Positions 37,720 to 51,393 of a stretch of 64,000 bases of DNA are shown in pieces. Each line of letters starts with the position of its first letter. Position 1 is the stretch's first letter. The DNA is taken from positions 10,047,355-10,111,354 of the forward strand of contig CAVNZM010000006.1 in the NCBI GenBank assembly GCA_963693365.1. The letters are read 5' to 3'. Below the pieces are notes generated by a model that had not been told where the DNA came from, searched no databases, and saw only the letters and a list, made by a program, of their open reading frames with translations. Position numbers and translations under genes: made by a program. This stretch comes from Amoebidium appalachense. Its lineage: Eukaryota > Protista > Ichthyosporea.

Positions 37720-39890
37720 ATGTCGCGTCCAAGACCGACCAGTCTTTCTGGACTTTCAGTGCCCCTTCCCACTTTTCAAGAAGCAGGGGAGTCCCCAGAC
37801 ATACAGCTCATGGCCGCAACACCAGACGCAGTAAGTTGAAAGGAGAAAAATGATATTTTGAGGGGGTGGGGGATGAGTGGGGGGAATGGGGGAGGCCGGG
37901 GGAGATTTGCGAGTGGGGAGAGAGAGAGGGGACGCTGTTGGTAAGACAGCGAGACTAGGAGTAGGTATTGGGAATTGCGGATGTGGCTTAGCTTTCTGAA
38001 CATGCAGCTATTACAGTAGTATACGTGTTGGTGATACTGAGATGGTGTACGACCTATTCGTGGGTGTGTGGGTATGTCCCGCCTGTTTGTGTGTGTGCGG
38101 GGGCACAGAAGCTTGTGTTGGTGACCGTATGTGCACTCGTATGTGCATAAGGTGTGTGTTGTGTGCTTGTGCATGTTTGTCCAGGTCAGTGGGTGGGCAA
38201 AGGTGTGTGTGTGTGGTGTATCCGTGCTTGCGCGTGTGCATGGGTGTGGCTGTGTGTGCGTGTGCGTGTGCGCATTTGCGTGCACGGATGCGTGTGTGCG
38301 TCCGTGTAGACAAGTATGGTTGTGTGGGTACATGTAACGTGTGCTTTATCCATTTTGTCTCATAGTTACCTGTTTTGAAAAGGGTACAAGGACATGCACG
38401 GGCTTGTATGTGGATAGGGAAAGGGGTGGGAGGCGGGCATGGGGGAGGGGCGGGGGGGAGTGGGGGGGAGGGGGGAGGGGGGAGCCGGCGGATGGGATGA
38501 GGGAGGGGGGGGAGGGTTTTGGGTTAACAAGTGTCGTTATTGCCGAACTAACGTCTTTACTGCAGGTGCACCCAACCCCACCAAACTGGGTGAGCTCAAA
38601 GGATCACCAAATATCGTCAGCTAGCTCCCCGGACTTCTTGAATAGACGGGCAGTGGCACAACGAAGCAACCTAGCGACAGAACAAGGGGAGGAGAATGTG
38701 GGACACTCCCCACTCCGCACGAGAACAGTGGGCAGAACATTGACAAGGCCGCTTGGGAGTGATGAGCAGTCGTCAGACCTATCACGGGAAACAGAGGCTG
38801 GGGAGTGGTGGCAGGGGATGTCCCCAGAGTCTGCACTGTCATGCACCTATGAGTCTGCTGCCGGCTGGCTGGTGGGGAGGGGGTTCCAGGGTGACCTGAA
38901 GGTGTGTGGTGGGCTTGCAGTGTGACCTATTGCCTGGTGCTGTGACACGTTTCGTGCTCTGTATATTGGTTGCTTGTACATCCTTCTTTCCCCCCCCCTC
39001 CCCCCTCCCCCCCCCCCCCCCCCCCCCAAATAAAAACCACCACCCACCGTGGACCCCGGCCACCCCTCGATGGCTTTCTCTCGTTACTGCGTATCATGAT
39101 GGTATCTTTGTTAATGGGTTTATTTGATGTTAAATTGACAAATTGAGAGAGTGAGAGAGAAAGAGGACGGGGCTTCGGAGGGGGGAGGGGGGGGCGGGGG
39201 TTGGCGGGGCAGGGGGGGAGGGGGGGGGGGGGGGGGGGAAGGGGAGGCTAGACGTTTCAAAAGGTTTTGGAAATACTGGATGTGTAGGGTGCTGGGCTCT
39301 TTTCACACTGCACGGGGGGGGGGGGGGGGGGGGGGAGGGGGAGGGGGAGGGGGGGGGGGGGGGGGAGGGAGGGGGGGGGGGGGGGGAGGGGGGGCTGTTG
39401 AATAATGTAATACGGCTGTTGTATAGTTTGGCACTCATTGTAGATCATCAGCTGTGCCCTTTGAAGGGGAGGGGGGAGAGGGGGGGGGGGGGAGAGGGGA
39501 GGTGTGTGTGTGTGTGTGTGGGTGGGGGGGGGGGGGGGGGGGGGGGGGGCAGGACACTCGTTGACTATCTCGTTTCCTTTTTGCCTTCTCTTGCGTTTCT
39601 ACGTTTTTTTTTTTTTTTTCTTCAGTTCAATGGGTGGGTCAAAATTACTGTCGTGGTAGTGGTTGGTTGGGTGGCTGGTTGGTGAGCAAAGCCGGGGGGG
39701 GGGGGGGGGGGGGGGGGGGGAGGGGGGGGGGGGAGGCAGAAGGGCAACACAATTCTCGTTGGGGGATGGGGGGTCGGGACGAGGTTGCTCCACTTCTTTT
39801 TCTTTTCTTTTTAGCCCTTCTTTTTTCGCGGGGTTTTTAATTTTATTTTCCCTCTTTCTGTGTGTGTGGTGTGTGTGTGTTTGGGGGGAA

Positions 39891-39921
<31 letters not shown>

Positions 39922-40083
39922 GGGCTGGAAAGGAATGATGTAGTATGCCAGGTGGAAAAACCCCCCGTCCTTGGATAGAATGCATGGGTTATAATGACCA
40001 GGTCTGAATTCAAGAGGGGAGGGGGGGGGGGGGGGGAGGGGTGGACAAAGGTGAGAGGGGAGGGGGGAAGGAGAGGGGGGGGG

Positions 40084-40114
<31 letters not shown>

Positions 40115-40605
40115 CGGAACAAGAACCTTTCCGATTTGAACATGCCCACTATGCCGTGTTGCACACTCCCTGCAATCACGACTTGTATGTCCGGCAGACA
40201 CTTATGTATGCCCTTATCTTGGTCATGTGAACTACCACACACACCACCACAAGCACCCAATTTAATGTGCACACGCTAACACAGTACCCCAACAACAGGT
40301 AGTGCTGACGTATGCAGGCACAGACGCATGGGTGCATGTGCACATAGACGACACCTTTCCACGCAGCGACGGGCAGAGGGTTGGGCCGAGCAGTGCCAGC
40401 CCCCTCCTGTCGATGAAGATGGAGCAGATAGTGGGTCTGACCACCAAGGCCGTGGATAGGCTGTGCAGGGTCTTGCAGAGGATAGCTAGGTCCCTGCCCC
40501 CCTCCACAGGCACACCGTCTGTAGGTGCAAAGGTGTGTGTGGAATGCTTTCCCTTCCCACCACCTCTCCCCCCTCCTCTCTCTCCTCTCTCTCTTTCTCT
40601 CTCTC

Positions 40606-40645
<40 letters not shown>

Positions 40646-40886
40646 GGAAACACACTCCACCCCTGAACTCTATTCAGGGCCCCTTCTGCAACACCCACCT
40701 ACCTCATCACCACCCGCTATTACACACGTACAGTATTACGTGGGCACCCACATATGGAAAACACACACCCACCCTTCCCCTTCCTCCTCAAACGTGACCG
40801 CCCGTGCCCCTACTTAGTAGCTAATAAACGCACAATACCCATTTCGAGTTCGGCTTTGCAAGAAATGAGAGTTGAATACATCTGCA

Positions 40887-40920
<34 letters not shown>

Positions 40921-40959
40921 CCCTCCCACCCCCACCCCCCCAAAAAAGGACACAAACAT

Positions 40960-41015
<56 letters not shown>

Positions 41016-41228
41016 GACTTCGCACTATCCCTACTTGTATTTGGTATCTAAATCCAAGAAAGATAATCTCAAGAGGGAAGGGCTTGCGTTCTTGTTTGCT
41101 CCCTCCTCTTTTATTTTGATTTTATTGTGCGTGTGTGTGTATGGGGGGGGGGGGGGGGGGGGGGAGGGGGGGGGGGGGGGGAAGTGGGTGGTCTGTGGGT
41201 GGTGGAGGGGCTTGCAATTTTGTTGTTG

Positions 41229-41267
<39 letters not shown>

Positions 41268-41631
41268 AGCGCGCGGATGTGCGTTTTTTTCCTTTCTTTC
41301 TTTCTTTCTTTCTTTCTTTCCTTTCTTTTCTTTTTTCTTTTATTTTTTTTTTTTGTTTGTGTTTGAACGGGGGGGAGGGGAGGGGGGGGGGGGGAGGTGG
41401 TGAAGCAGGAGGGGTTGGTCTGTGGCGGGTCGATCTTTCAAACCATGGGACGTGTGGTAGCGTGGGGACTGAGTGTGTGGGCAGGTGGAGTTCAAGGTGT
41501 TTGGCTACGAGTTTGGCATCGAGGCAACAACCACCCAGCACACCGCCACAGCCCTCACAGTGGCCTCCGTGCCTACCACCCCCCAGTCGGGCCACAGCCC
41601 CCGTAACAGCATCACAACGGCACTGCCATAG
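37720..41631 (+). CDS. Hypothetical protein (~280 aa). Exons ~37720-37830, 38566-38901, 40125-40185, 40348-40532, 41485-41631
   Basis: Five exons with GT-AG ends and consistent phases (0,0,1,0): MSRPRPTSLSGL...; VHPTPPNW...GDLK; NLSDLNMP...; YDTFPRS...VGAK; VEFKVFGYEFGIEA...ALP*. No known domain. Confidence 0.6.
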
Positions 41632-41778
41632 AACCACACATGTGGTGGGTGCATGAGGCTATGCTAAATCGAGGCTGGCCTGGTCTAGCTTTATTTTTCA
41701 TTCTTTTTTTTTTTTCTTTCCCCGTGTATGTACGCGTGCGGGCGCGTGTGTTCGTTCATACGTTTTCTTTTCTTTTTT

Positions 41779-41846
<68 letters not shown>

Positions 41847-43044
41847 GGGGGGAGGGAGAAAAAATGGTGGCACATAGATGTGTACCCAAATGCGATAGGA
41901 TGAGTATACTTAGTATAGTATAAATTCACTAAAATGGATATGACATCGAACTTTTTAAGATGTAATATGTGCAGTACATAGGGATCCATGATCATAATAC
42001 TGGCTGTTACAGTAATAGATGTCATCTCGTAGATAAGGTTAGGCAGTGTGTTGTGGGGGGACTAATGCGACCAAGTCCCCTTTAAAACCCAACTGAGTTA
42101 TTTAATTGCAAATCTCTACGCTGGCCGTAGGTATGCGAAACAATGCAGTGTCCAGGTTGATGTAATCTAAAATTGGAGTGACCGAGTTGGAAATATGACC
42201 GTGTGCACGATGTCATGGCGATTCATCTAACAGTTAGGAACGGCCATGTGTTAAGTGTGCCGCTGGGTGTGCACGTGCCGGCGTGCACATGAGCTATTAG
42301 CACGTGCACGCCCGGTCACGATGGTCATGCACACACGGCGACTGCACGTAAGTGAATAGATTGCTATGGAATGTTCTATTCTGCCCTGCGTATACACTGA
42401 TTCGCTCGCGGTGTCGCGGTTTTCGTATCTGGCGGAATGTGTGGGGTTGGAATGTGTATGCCACCGTGATGCGTACGGAACATATGTCATCAAGCACAAT
42501 GCCACTGATCATTACTGAATGCCACCACTGTATGATACATGTCTGGATGCACTTGCATCTCCCCTTGCTGGTAGGACCACTGGCACACCACCCATTCTAG
42601 GTTCTGCTTCAACCCACCCAACCCTTCCAGAAGGGATGGTCTGAAGTGAGGTGCATTTGACCCAGAACCATGTTACAGTAACCCAATTCCTCATTGCATA
42701 TTTGAAAAAAACATCCACTCTGTCTGCCCTCTATTAGCCAATCCTATTCCCCCCCCCCCCCCTCCCCCTGCCCGGCCCACCCAAAACCTCCCACCCTAGC
42801 TCTCTCCCTATGGAAGTGACACCAACCTATTGTACACACAAACCCAACCCATAACACCACATATGCGGCTTAGAATCTCTTACTGCAAGTTTCTACCACC
42901 CCACCAACACATTAAACCCTCCCCCCTACTTCCCTCCCCCCTCCCCCCCTCCCCTATAGCGGGGCCTAACACCAACTGGCTCTATATGCACCTTCCACCA
43001 GTACCCCCTCACTCCTCACATAGCCCCAGTCTGTCTGCCAGTGC

Positions 43045-43500
43045 TCACTCGCTCAGCTCTTGCAGCTCTTGTCGCAGACGTGCATTTTCCTCCTGAGAGA
43101 AGAAGCAGCGTCAGGCTCGTGCTCTTAGAAATGATGGATGATTGAAAACCGAAGATGTGGGTGCAGAAGGGAGAAAGGGGTGGGGGTTTGTGTCTGTGTG
43201 TGTGTGTGTGTGTCGAGTGGGTGGGGGAACTTAAGATCATACCGACCTGCAGCTGAAGAAAACGGGTGGCGGGGGTGGTGGTTTGGGGGGGGGGGGGGGG
43301 GGGGGGGGGGAGGGGGGTGCAAGCACAAGAACTGACGCTATGCATGTAGTGTCCCACTATGCTTCAACTGAAGGACACAACCATCCCCAGTCTATCCCAC
43401 CGCCCCAAAATGCTGTAACATACACACACATGAGCAGTGAAAAGATTTGTTTTCTGCCCAGCTTCATTACGAAAAGGTTGAGAGGATTGACTCGAGATAA

Positions 43501-43544
<44 letters not shown>

Positions 43545-43720
43545 GCACAACTGCATGATGTCATTTCACACCCCAAATAGATGCACGCTCTTAAGCAGAC
43601 ACGCACACACCTTAACACCGCGCACACACCTTTACGAACACCCAGTCAGATGCTGGCACACCCCCCAGCTCGGATTCCACATACATAGGCATACACGTAA
43701 TGCCAACCAAGCACCCAAAT

Positions 43721-43757
<37 letters not shown>

Positions 43758-43841
43758 CCCCGCCCGGGAAAAAACACCTCATCCTCATCCCTCTCGTTCC
43801 AGATGAACTTCCTGCCCGTCCTCCCCTGCCTCCCTCCCTTA

Positions 43842-43889
<48 letters not shown>

Positions 43890-44516
43890 ACACACACCAC
43901 CACCACCACCCCCCCAAAAAACGGAAAAAGCAGAAGACGAAGAGGAGAACATACCCTGAGCTGCTTTATGTGGGCCTGCATCCTCTGTGTGGCCTGCTCC
44001 ATCTCGTCATGTTCCCCCTGCAGTGTGGCCACATAGTCCTTACGTCGCTGCCGTGCCTGCTTGGACGCCTCCCTGTTCTTCAGCTTCTTGGCTTCCTCCC
44101 TGTGTCCGATACTCAAAGTGTCTGACCAAAGAAACAGATGTTTTTGCTGCACGAAAACGACACAAGGTTGTCACAAGCGTTTGTGGTGGGTGCTTCAATG
44201 CACCTACAAACAAACACGAGTCACATACACAGGAACTTATTTGGCATGAAATGCACACCGGATGGGCAAGTTGCGAGTGTAGCTAGTATACACATGAAAT
44301 GTTCCACCCAGCAACATATGTGCACGTGGTGGTATAAGCATACATGTGTTCACGTACTCTTCAACAATTCAAGACCCTGGGTATAACCCTTCTGTACACC
44401 TCACAAGGTTTGTACGCAGACCATGCTATCATGATAGCAATTAAAGAATTGTTATCGATATCGGATGGAACTTCGGACAGGGAAATGCCCCCGGAAACCT
44501 CCTTAGAGTGAGCCTA

Positions 44517-44584
<68 letters not shown>

Positions 44585-44661
44585 TGTGTGTGTGTCTGTG
44601 TGTGTGTGCGTGTGTGTGTGTGTGTGTGTGCGCGCGTGCGTGCGTGCGTGTTTTTTTTTTT

Positions 44662-44695
<34 letters not shown>

Positions 44696-44760
44696 AGACA
44701 AAGGGAGTGCAGGTCATACATTACGGTAGTGGGTAGGGGGGAACAGCGGACAGCAGAAGG

Positions 44761-44806
<46 letters not shown>

Positions 44807-45079
44807 GTGTGTGTGTGTGTGTGTGTGTGGTGGTGGTGGTTGGGCGGAAGGGGGGGGGGGGGGGAAGGGGGGGGGGGGGGGGGGGGGAGGAGGGGTTAGA
44901 AAAGGAAGGGCACCTCAATATTGGGTCCTCCTCGTCTGTGGCTGTGTGGTTGCTGCGTGTGCGCTTGAGCCTGGGCTTCTTGTCTGGCCCATTATGGGGC
45001 TGGGCACAGAATAAATGAGAACTTTTTAGAACAATCAACAACTGTTAAACTCGTGCTTACCAGCTGGCGGCGGAGGCAT

Positions 45080-45110
<31 letters not shown>

Positions 45111-45333
45111 GGATGTGTGCATGGGTAAAGCCTTATCGGAGTGCAAATAGTCATTTAGCCCACAAGCAGGCATTCGATATCTAGTCAGCAAACACGCAAT
45201 ACAGAGCAGAGCATTTGTCTGTTGCCTACACAGGTAGCACCCAGTGTGGAGTGAGGTGCACATATGAATGTTGGACTCCAGACGCCAGAATTTCTACTTT
45301 TTTGGAATTTAAACATAGTTGCATTTCTTGAAA

Positions 45334-45367
<34 letters not shown>

Positions 45368-45812
45368 GGGGAAGGGGGGGGGGAGGAGGGGGGAGGGATG
45401 GTATCAAAGAAAGTTGGGGTTGTATGTGTGTACATGTGTGTTTGGTAGTTGTTAGATATGCGGGGACAGGGCAAGTGTGCAAGAATGGACTGGGTGTGTG
45501 CAGTGGTGGCGGTAAAGGTGTTGCCTTGGACGGGGGGGGGGGGGGGGGGGGGAGGGGGAAGGGGGGAGGGGAGGGGGGGGGGGGGGGGAGGGGGGGGGGG
45601 CAGGTTTAAGGCACTAGTGTCCCGGAAAAGCCGCAAGAACACGCAAGAACACAACGTGTTCACACACGCGTGTGTAGAAAAGCTGTTCTTTTTTTTGTCC
45701 GGTCATAACCCTATCATCATTCAACATCCTCCTACCTTTAATAATACACAAGACTACATCAGCAATTTTCACACCGAAAGGCTTCCAAGTAGAACCGTGG
45801 AAACAAGGGGGG

Positions 45813-45843
<31 letters not shown>

Positions 45844-47054
45844 AGGAAGAGCATACATCAAAGGTAAATGTGAAGAAGAGAAAGTGGAGAGTTGGATGAG
45901 AATGGTGCTAAAGCCTTTGGATCCGTAAACCGGGGTGGAAAGAGAGCAAGGGTGGGGAGGGGGTGGGGAGGTGGGGGGTGGGGGGAAAGCATGCAGAGAG
46001 GAGTATGGGTAAGAGGTGTGGTGGTGAGGAAAAAAGCAGGGGGGGGGAAGACATGATTTTAAGAAAGGGGGGGGGGGGGGGGCAGACCAACCTCAGACAT
46101 AAACTCGCTCTCTGCGCTGCCCGTGAACTCCGTCTTGACCTCCTTCTCCCTCCACCCCCCCTTAACCCCCCTCCCTTTCCCTCTCCCCCTCCCCCTACCT
46201 CCTCTTGCTGCCCGTTTCCCCCTATCCTCCCTTTCTGCATGCTCCGACACCGTATCTGTGTTTTCACCCATCACCACATCCTCCTGCCCAACATCAGAAG
46301 ACACCTCTGAAGGGGCTCTTTTCTTATCTCTAAGCCCCCGCCCTTCTTCCCCCTCCACGTGTGGCGTGCTCTCCGACTCCACCCCAGCCTCCCTCTTTGC
46401 ATGCACCCTGCTCGACCTACGCACCATCAGTGGCCCTGTTGGGTTTGTCACTAGCGCCCATGCCCCCGCAGGCCCCTCTTCTAAAACCTCCTCTTCCGTT
46501 TCACCTCCCTTAGCTCGCTCTTCCTGTTCCTTCCCTGCCCCATACTCTTCCTTTCCGGCGTCCTCCAGAGTCGTGTATGACTCTGTCTCTTTCCCATTCT
46601 CTGCGACCATAGGTGTTGGCTCATCGTTTCTTCTGGCCTTGGTACATATCTTTTCTCCCGCGATGCCACCCGAATCTTGGCCCCCGTGTGTCGCAAACCC
46701 CGGTCCTGGAACAATTTTCACCCAGTCGCTTGGGGGCTGGGAGTACAAATGTGCATTTGTTTGCTCCTCCCACGAAGCCGTAGGCACTGCATGGTTGGAA
46801 GGTGGCCTTTCATCAGCTCCGATGCGTGTGAAAAGATTCGACGTGGTGTGGCCTCCAAAGGTAAAGCTGAAGTTCTTTTTGCTGGAGTTTTGTTCGCTCG
46901 GGGTATGATGTATAGGGGATCTTTCCTGGTGAAAAGACACACCGGTAGGTGCTTGTGCCTCTGGTTCGGCTGCCCGTGTGTGTCGAGTATGTGTGGTTTT
47001 GGAGGGATGCATAGGGACAGCAGGGGGGGAGATCGTCCTGGGTGGGCCCTGCAT
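43045..47054 (-). CDS. bZIP transcription factor. Exons ~47054-46093, 45003-44914, 44122-43955, 43092-43045
   Basis: Basic region [23 protein letters not shown] (N-x7-R) followed by a heptad zipper ...[29 protein letters not shown]. Long disordered acidic N-terminus. Start codon tentative. Confidence 0.85.
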
Positions 47055-48002
47055 GTTTGTTGCTGCTGTAGACCGGGGTCACCCGTTGAGTCCAAACTGC
47101 AGTGTAAATGTTAACAGATAAAAAACATCTAGTAAAGTGTTAGCTTCCACTTATCTCTACTTGAAAGAGAATGAGCTATTCTCTCGCCGTCCGTTGAAAA
47201 GCAACTGAATAAGTTAGAGTTCCCATACTGAAACAGCCCACCAAGCAAAGTCAAAAGGACCACTAAACCACATACGCACCTTTCACCTCAGAACTTCTTT
47301 AAGGCTGTGCTGGTATTCACGAAACTTCACCCTCCTACCGGTCGCTTAAAAACACTACTTCCGCTTTCTTGACAACCTTTCTCCACTTCTCGTTAGTTGA
47401 ATATCCACGGTCCACCGGCCTCTTCCCCCACCCGCTCCTGTGCTTCCGCGCAGAAACCAGCGCACGCACGCACTCCATAGCGAAGAATTTCGTGCTATTT
47501 CGGGTTGTTGGGTGACAGCTGGCCCGCTGGGACGCGTGTACGGTTGGGGACTTGCAAGGCGCGTGTTATGGTTGGGCTCGGGCTGATAGCTATGCCACCT
47601 GGTAAGGCTGGCAGGAGTTGCATGCCATGAGTGCCACAAAACACTGGCAGAGACCGTGCCAGAGAGGCCAGGAGTGGAACAATGTGATCTACCACATACC
47701 ATTAAATGCGTGTTTATCCAATCATGATGGGTTGCAAAAATTGTAGGAATGCAACGTCATCACGACTCCACGAGTCATCCGTGACGGTCCGATTGAACAT
47801 GGCCACGGCCACGGCCCTCTGAAAAAAAGACGGCCTGGATAGATTACGTCATAAAATCGCATTCCATTGTGCTCTTGGCATCCAAATCCCGCCATTCCAG
47901 CCACAAAACATCGATAAACACATGTTTTGTTTTTCGTTTTCGTCTCCGTCGATTTTTTTCGTTGTTACGGGAGGCTTTAGGCACAACGGAGGCGACTGTG
48001 AA

Positions 48003-48485
48003 ATGGCTGACGGCGGGACTGGCCCCATGGAGGGAGCTATTCCAGCTGAGGCTGGGTTAGATAAGCAGAAACGTAGCGTCAAGCGTAGCACCAACCTCGG
48101 TAACGTATGCAGTGTTCCAGGCTGCAGAGGCATTTACGACGACGAAAACAAGGTTTCTGTTTACAAATTTCCCAACCCGAACGATGGGCGGATAAGAAAC
48201 GATAAACTACGTGAAGAAACACGACAACTTATGAACGCGTGGCTACGGGCTGTGCCGAGGGAGTGGCCCCAGAACTTCGACCCACACGACGGTTTTGCGC
48301 GTGTCTGCTGTCGTCACTTTCCGTCCCATGATATCATCACAAAGTCCGGCCAAACGATGCCTAGACCAGGCGCCGTCCCCAGCATTTTCCCCAATTGCCC
48401 TACTTACTTGAGCGCACCTTCCGCGCCTCCACGTACTGCCGTACTACCTCCACTGCATTCACCAGCAGCAGTGACCAGCGGCTGA
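48003..48485 (+). CDS. Intact 160-aa THAP zinc-finger-only ORF (truncated transposase N-terminus)
   Basis: CSVPGC...YKFP...AWL...VCCRHF...PGAVPSIF is the C2CH THAP signature with the AVPTIF box. Confidence 0.88.
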   Translation: MADGGTGPMEGAIPAEAGLDKQKRSVKRSTNLGNVCSVPGCRGIYDDENKVSVYKFPNPNDGRIRNDKLREETRQLMNAWLRAVPREWPQNFDPHDGFARVCCRHFPSHDIITKSGQTMPRPGAVPSIFPNCPTYLSAPSAPPRTAVLPPLHSPAAVTSG

Positions 48486-48733
48486 TTTGGCTGGAGAAAT
48501 TCGCTGAGTGGGTGGTGAGCATGCCTACTGGCAAGGGGGGGTTTTACGGAGGAAACGCAGTGGTCGCTGGCGTTTACAAGCAAGACAATGGTACCCCCCC
48601 CCCCCCCCCCCCCCCCCCCAACCCCCCGGAAAAAAAAGCAGAAAGGAGGATGAAAAACACACCGAAATACTAAAAATCCCCTCCGGTGTGCCCCCTTCCC
48701 AGCCCTCGTGCACTAAACAACCCAGCCTCCCCC

Positions 48734-48772
<39 letters not shown>

Positions 48773-49043
48773 ATCTCTCTCTCAACCATGGCCACCATAG
48801 CACCACCACATCCCCCTTCGTACACGAAACAACAGAATAAAACGAAAATTTCAATCTTGAGCCCCCCTCTATACCCGCCCCCCCCCCCCCCCCCACTTTC
48901 TATTGCGTTGAAAAATAAGCAACCCCCCCCCTCCCCTTGACTGGATAGATAAGCAGGCCCCCCCCCCCAAACACGAGGTCACATGAGGAGTCGACGGGCA
49001 TAAAGTGTGTGATGTGTTGTGTGGGTGTACACATCTAACATAG

Positions 49044-49098
<55 letters not shown>

Positions 49099-49157
49099 AC
49101 ACGCGTGCGTGCGCGCATCAGTGTGTGTGTGTGTCTGTGTGTCTGTGTGTGTGTGCG

Positions 49158-49219
<62 letters not shown>

Positions 49220-50029
49220 GGGGTGGGTGGGTGGGGAGGGGAGGGGGGGGCTTTTCCATATGGTTTTTCACATGCCAAGCGTAGTCAAATGTGGTGCCAT
49301 ACAGATTTTGCTGACTTGTTATTTGCAGGCCAGTCTCATCCGCTATCTCCTGGACAGCGGCGTGAGCGGCGAGAAGCTCAACTTTGTGCTCACCAGAAAA
49401 ATTTCAAACCGACCCCCTTGAGGGTGCTTTTGGCACAATCCGACAGTACAGCGGTGGGAACTACAACGTTGGGACAGCACAGGTGGGTACCTCTCCTCCC
49501 GGACCACCCCCCCCCCCCCCCCAAACGGTTATTCCACCCCCCCACCCTACCCTACTCAGCCACCCACCCACTGCCTGCCACGGTGAAACACAAGAGACAC
49601 ATCACAAACACACGATTCATACAGCATTACAAAGAATAGAGACAGAACAGATATAGGTTGATTTGGTGATTCACCTTAAATCATGGGATAGTGGTGTCAT
49701 GACATGGTGGCTCCGGGGAACAAAAAAATCAGGAGAGAAGAAAAAAGAGGGGGGGAGGGGGGGAGGGGGGGGGGGGGGGGGGATGTTGAGAGAGCCAGGG
49801 ACGGAATAGGGGGTTAGAGGAGGAGGGGAGGGGGTACGGGGGGGGGGGGGGGTTGGGGGGGGGGTTTAAGGGTAAAAGTAGTGTGGTGAAAAGAAAGGGT
49901 GCAAAGAAAACTGAACGAAAAATGAGAAGGGGAAGGGGGGAGGGGGGGGGGGGGGGGGGGGCATGTTGTTGAACGCAAACCACAAAAATGCAAGCACGTA
50001 CACGCACACACACACAGAAACACACACAC

Positions 50030-50114
<85 letters not shown>

Positions 50115-50117
50115 GTT

Positions 50118-50155
<38 letters not shown>

Positions 50156-51393
50156 CCACACCCACACCCACACCCACACCCACACACCATACATACACAA
50201 CCCCATGCAGATATACATATATGTGTACATACGAAGATATGCTATGATACACTGCTTGCGCGCCCGCACCATACTGTGTCATAACTTTTATAGCCACGTG
50301 CCATCTATATATACACAAATCACACAATAAACTCACCTCTATGAACAGACTCTCCAGGCCGTCAAAAGGATACGGGTGCAGAAGCTGGCAAAGCTGGCAG
50401 TGCAAACGGGCACAAGTGTAACACAGCTGTTCGACAACATGAACACGGCACTCAACAGCAAACGCAAAACGATCACCATCGAGACCATTCTCCCACTCTA
50501 CAACACCACCATCTGGGGCCACGTCCATAAAATCAGAGAAGACATCAGAAAGCCAGAGGTGCTAACCTACCGGGCAGGGTTATGTGTGCACGCGCTTCAC
50601 GTGCGCGGTGTGGGCTGCAAAACATGTCGTGCACAACTCGAAATCACCACACCCAACACCCACACACCCACCGAAACAAGCACGACAGCTACCGAAACAG
50701 CCACCACTACGGCCGGGAGAGCCACAGACGATCACTACCGACTCATCCGCGCCGCCAATCGGAAGGGCCTGACTTTCCCTTCACCACCACAGTGAGCATT
50801 GCCACATTGGTCTACTGTGTGGTGGAGGCACTGCTAAAGCCACTGGTAAACACGTACCTTCCGGGGGGCAGCCAAAGCACGGTGGCTGTACTACTCAGCG
50901 AACATGCAGTCAAAAGGTACAATACCGATAAGGCACTTATGGACGAGTGTGGGGTGTGCGGCACGCAAAAGCGAGCACTAGTGGAGAGACTGATAACCGT
51001 TGCAACCAACTGCCACCTGAGTGCGTATGTGCGTCAACGCAAGGAACAAGCGAAAAAGCACCCAACAAAGCAAACCAGAAAGCCAAGACAGTGCAGGCGG
51101 CCGCATTGGCGGCGAGCGAAGCCGCCGCGGGGGCAGGCGTCCCCGCCACAGTTGCAGGGAGCAAGCCGGCGACAAAACCAGCAAAGAAGAAAAAGGAGAG
51201 CAACACAGAGGAAAAGGAAGGCGAAGAGAGGAAGAAGGGAACGAAAGGTAGAAAGAAAACAACCACGGTGGAACCACCTACCGTCGAGGTGGAGATGGAG
51301 GATAACGATGACGAATTGATGGCTGCACTGGAAGCAGCAGAGGCTGAATACGATTGCCTGATAGAAGCGTACTCGGAGGAAGCAGAGCTTTAG
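48445..51393 (+). pseudogene. C-terminal part of a P-element transposase, out of frame with THAP. Exons ~48445-48590, 49329-49482, 50358-51393
   Basis: DQRLIWLEKFAEW...FTEETQWSLAFT; YLL...[27 protein letters not shown]; LTYRAG...CKTC...RKGLTFPS; CGVC; acidic tail. Four 1-nt frameshifts in short runs (~48540, ~49400, ~50785, ~51055). Confidence 0.85.

Noticed and set aside
48433-48465. Tiny GT-AG intron that might rejoin THAP to the transposase C-terminus
   Set aside because: Removing 33 nt keeps the same frame and removing 25 nt hits a TGA. The missing catalytic core would not be restored either way.
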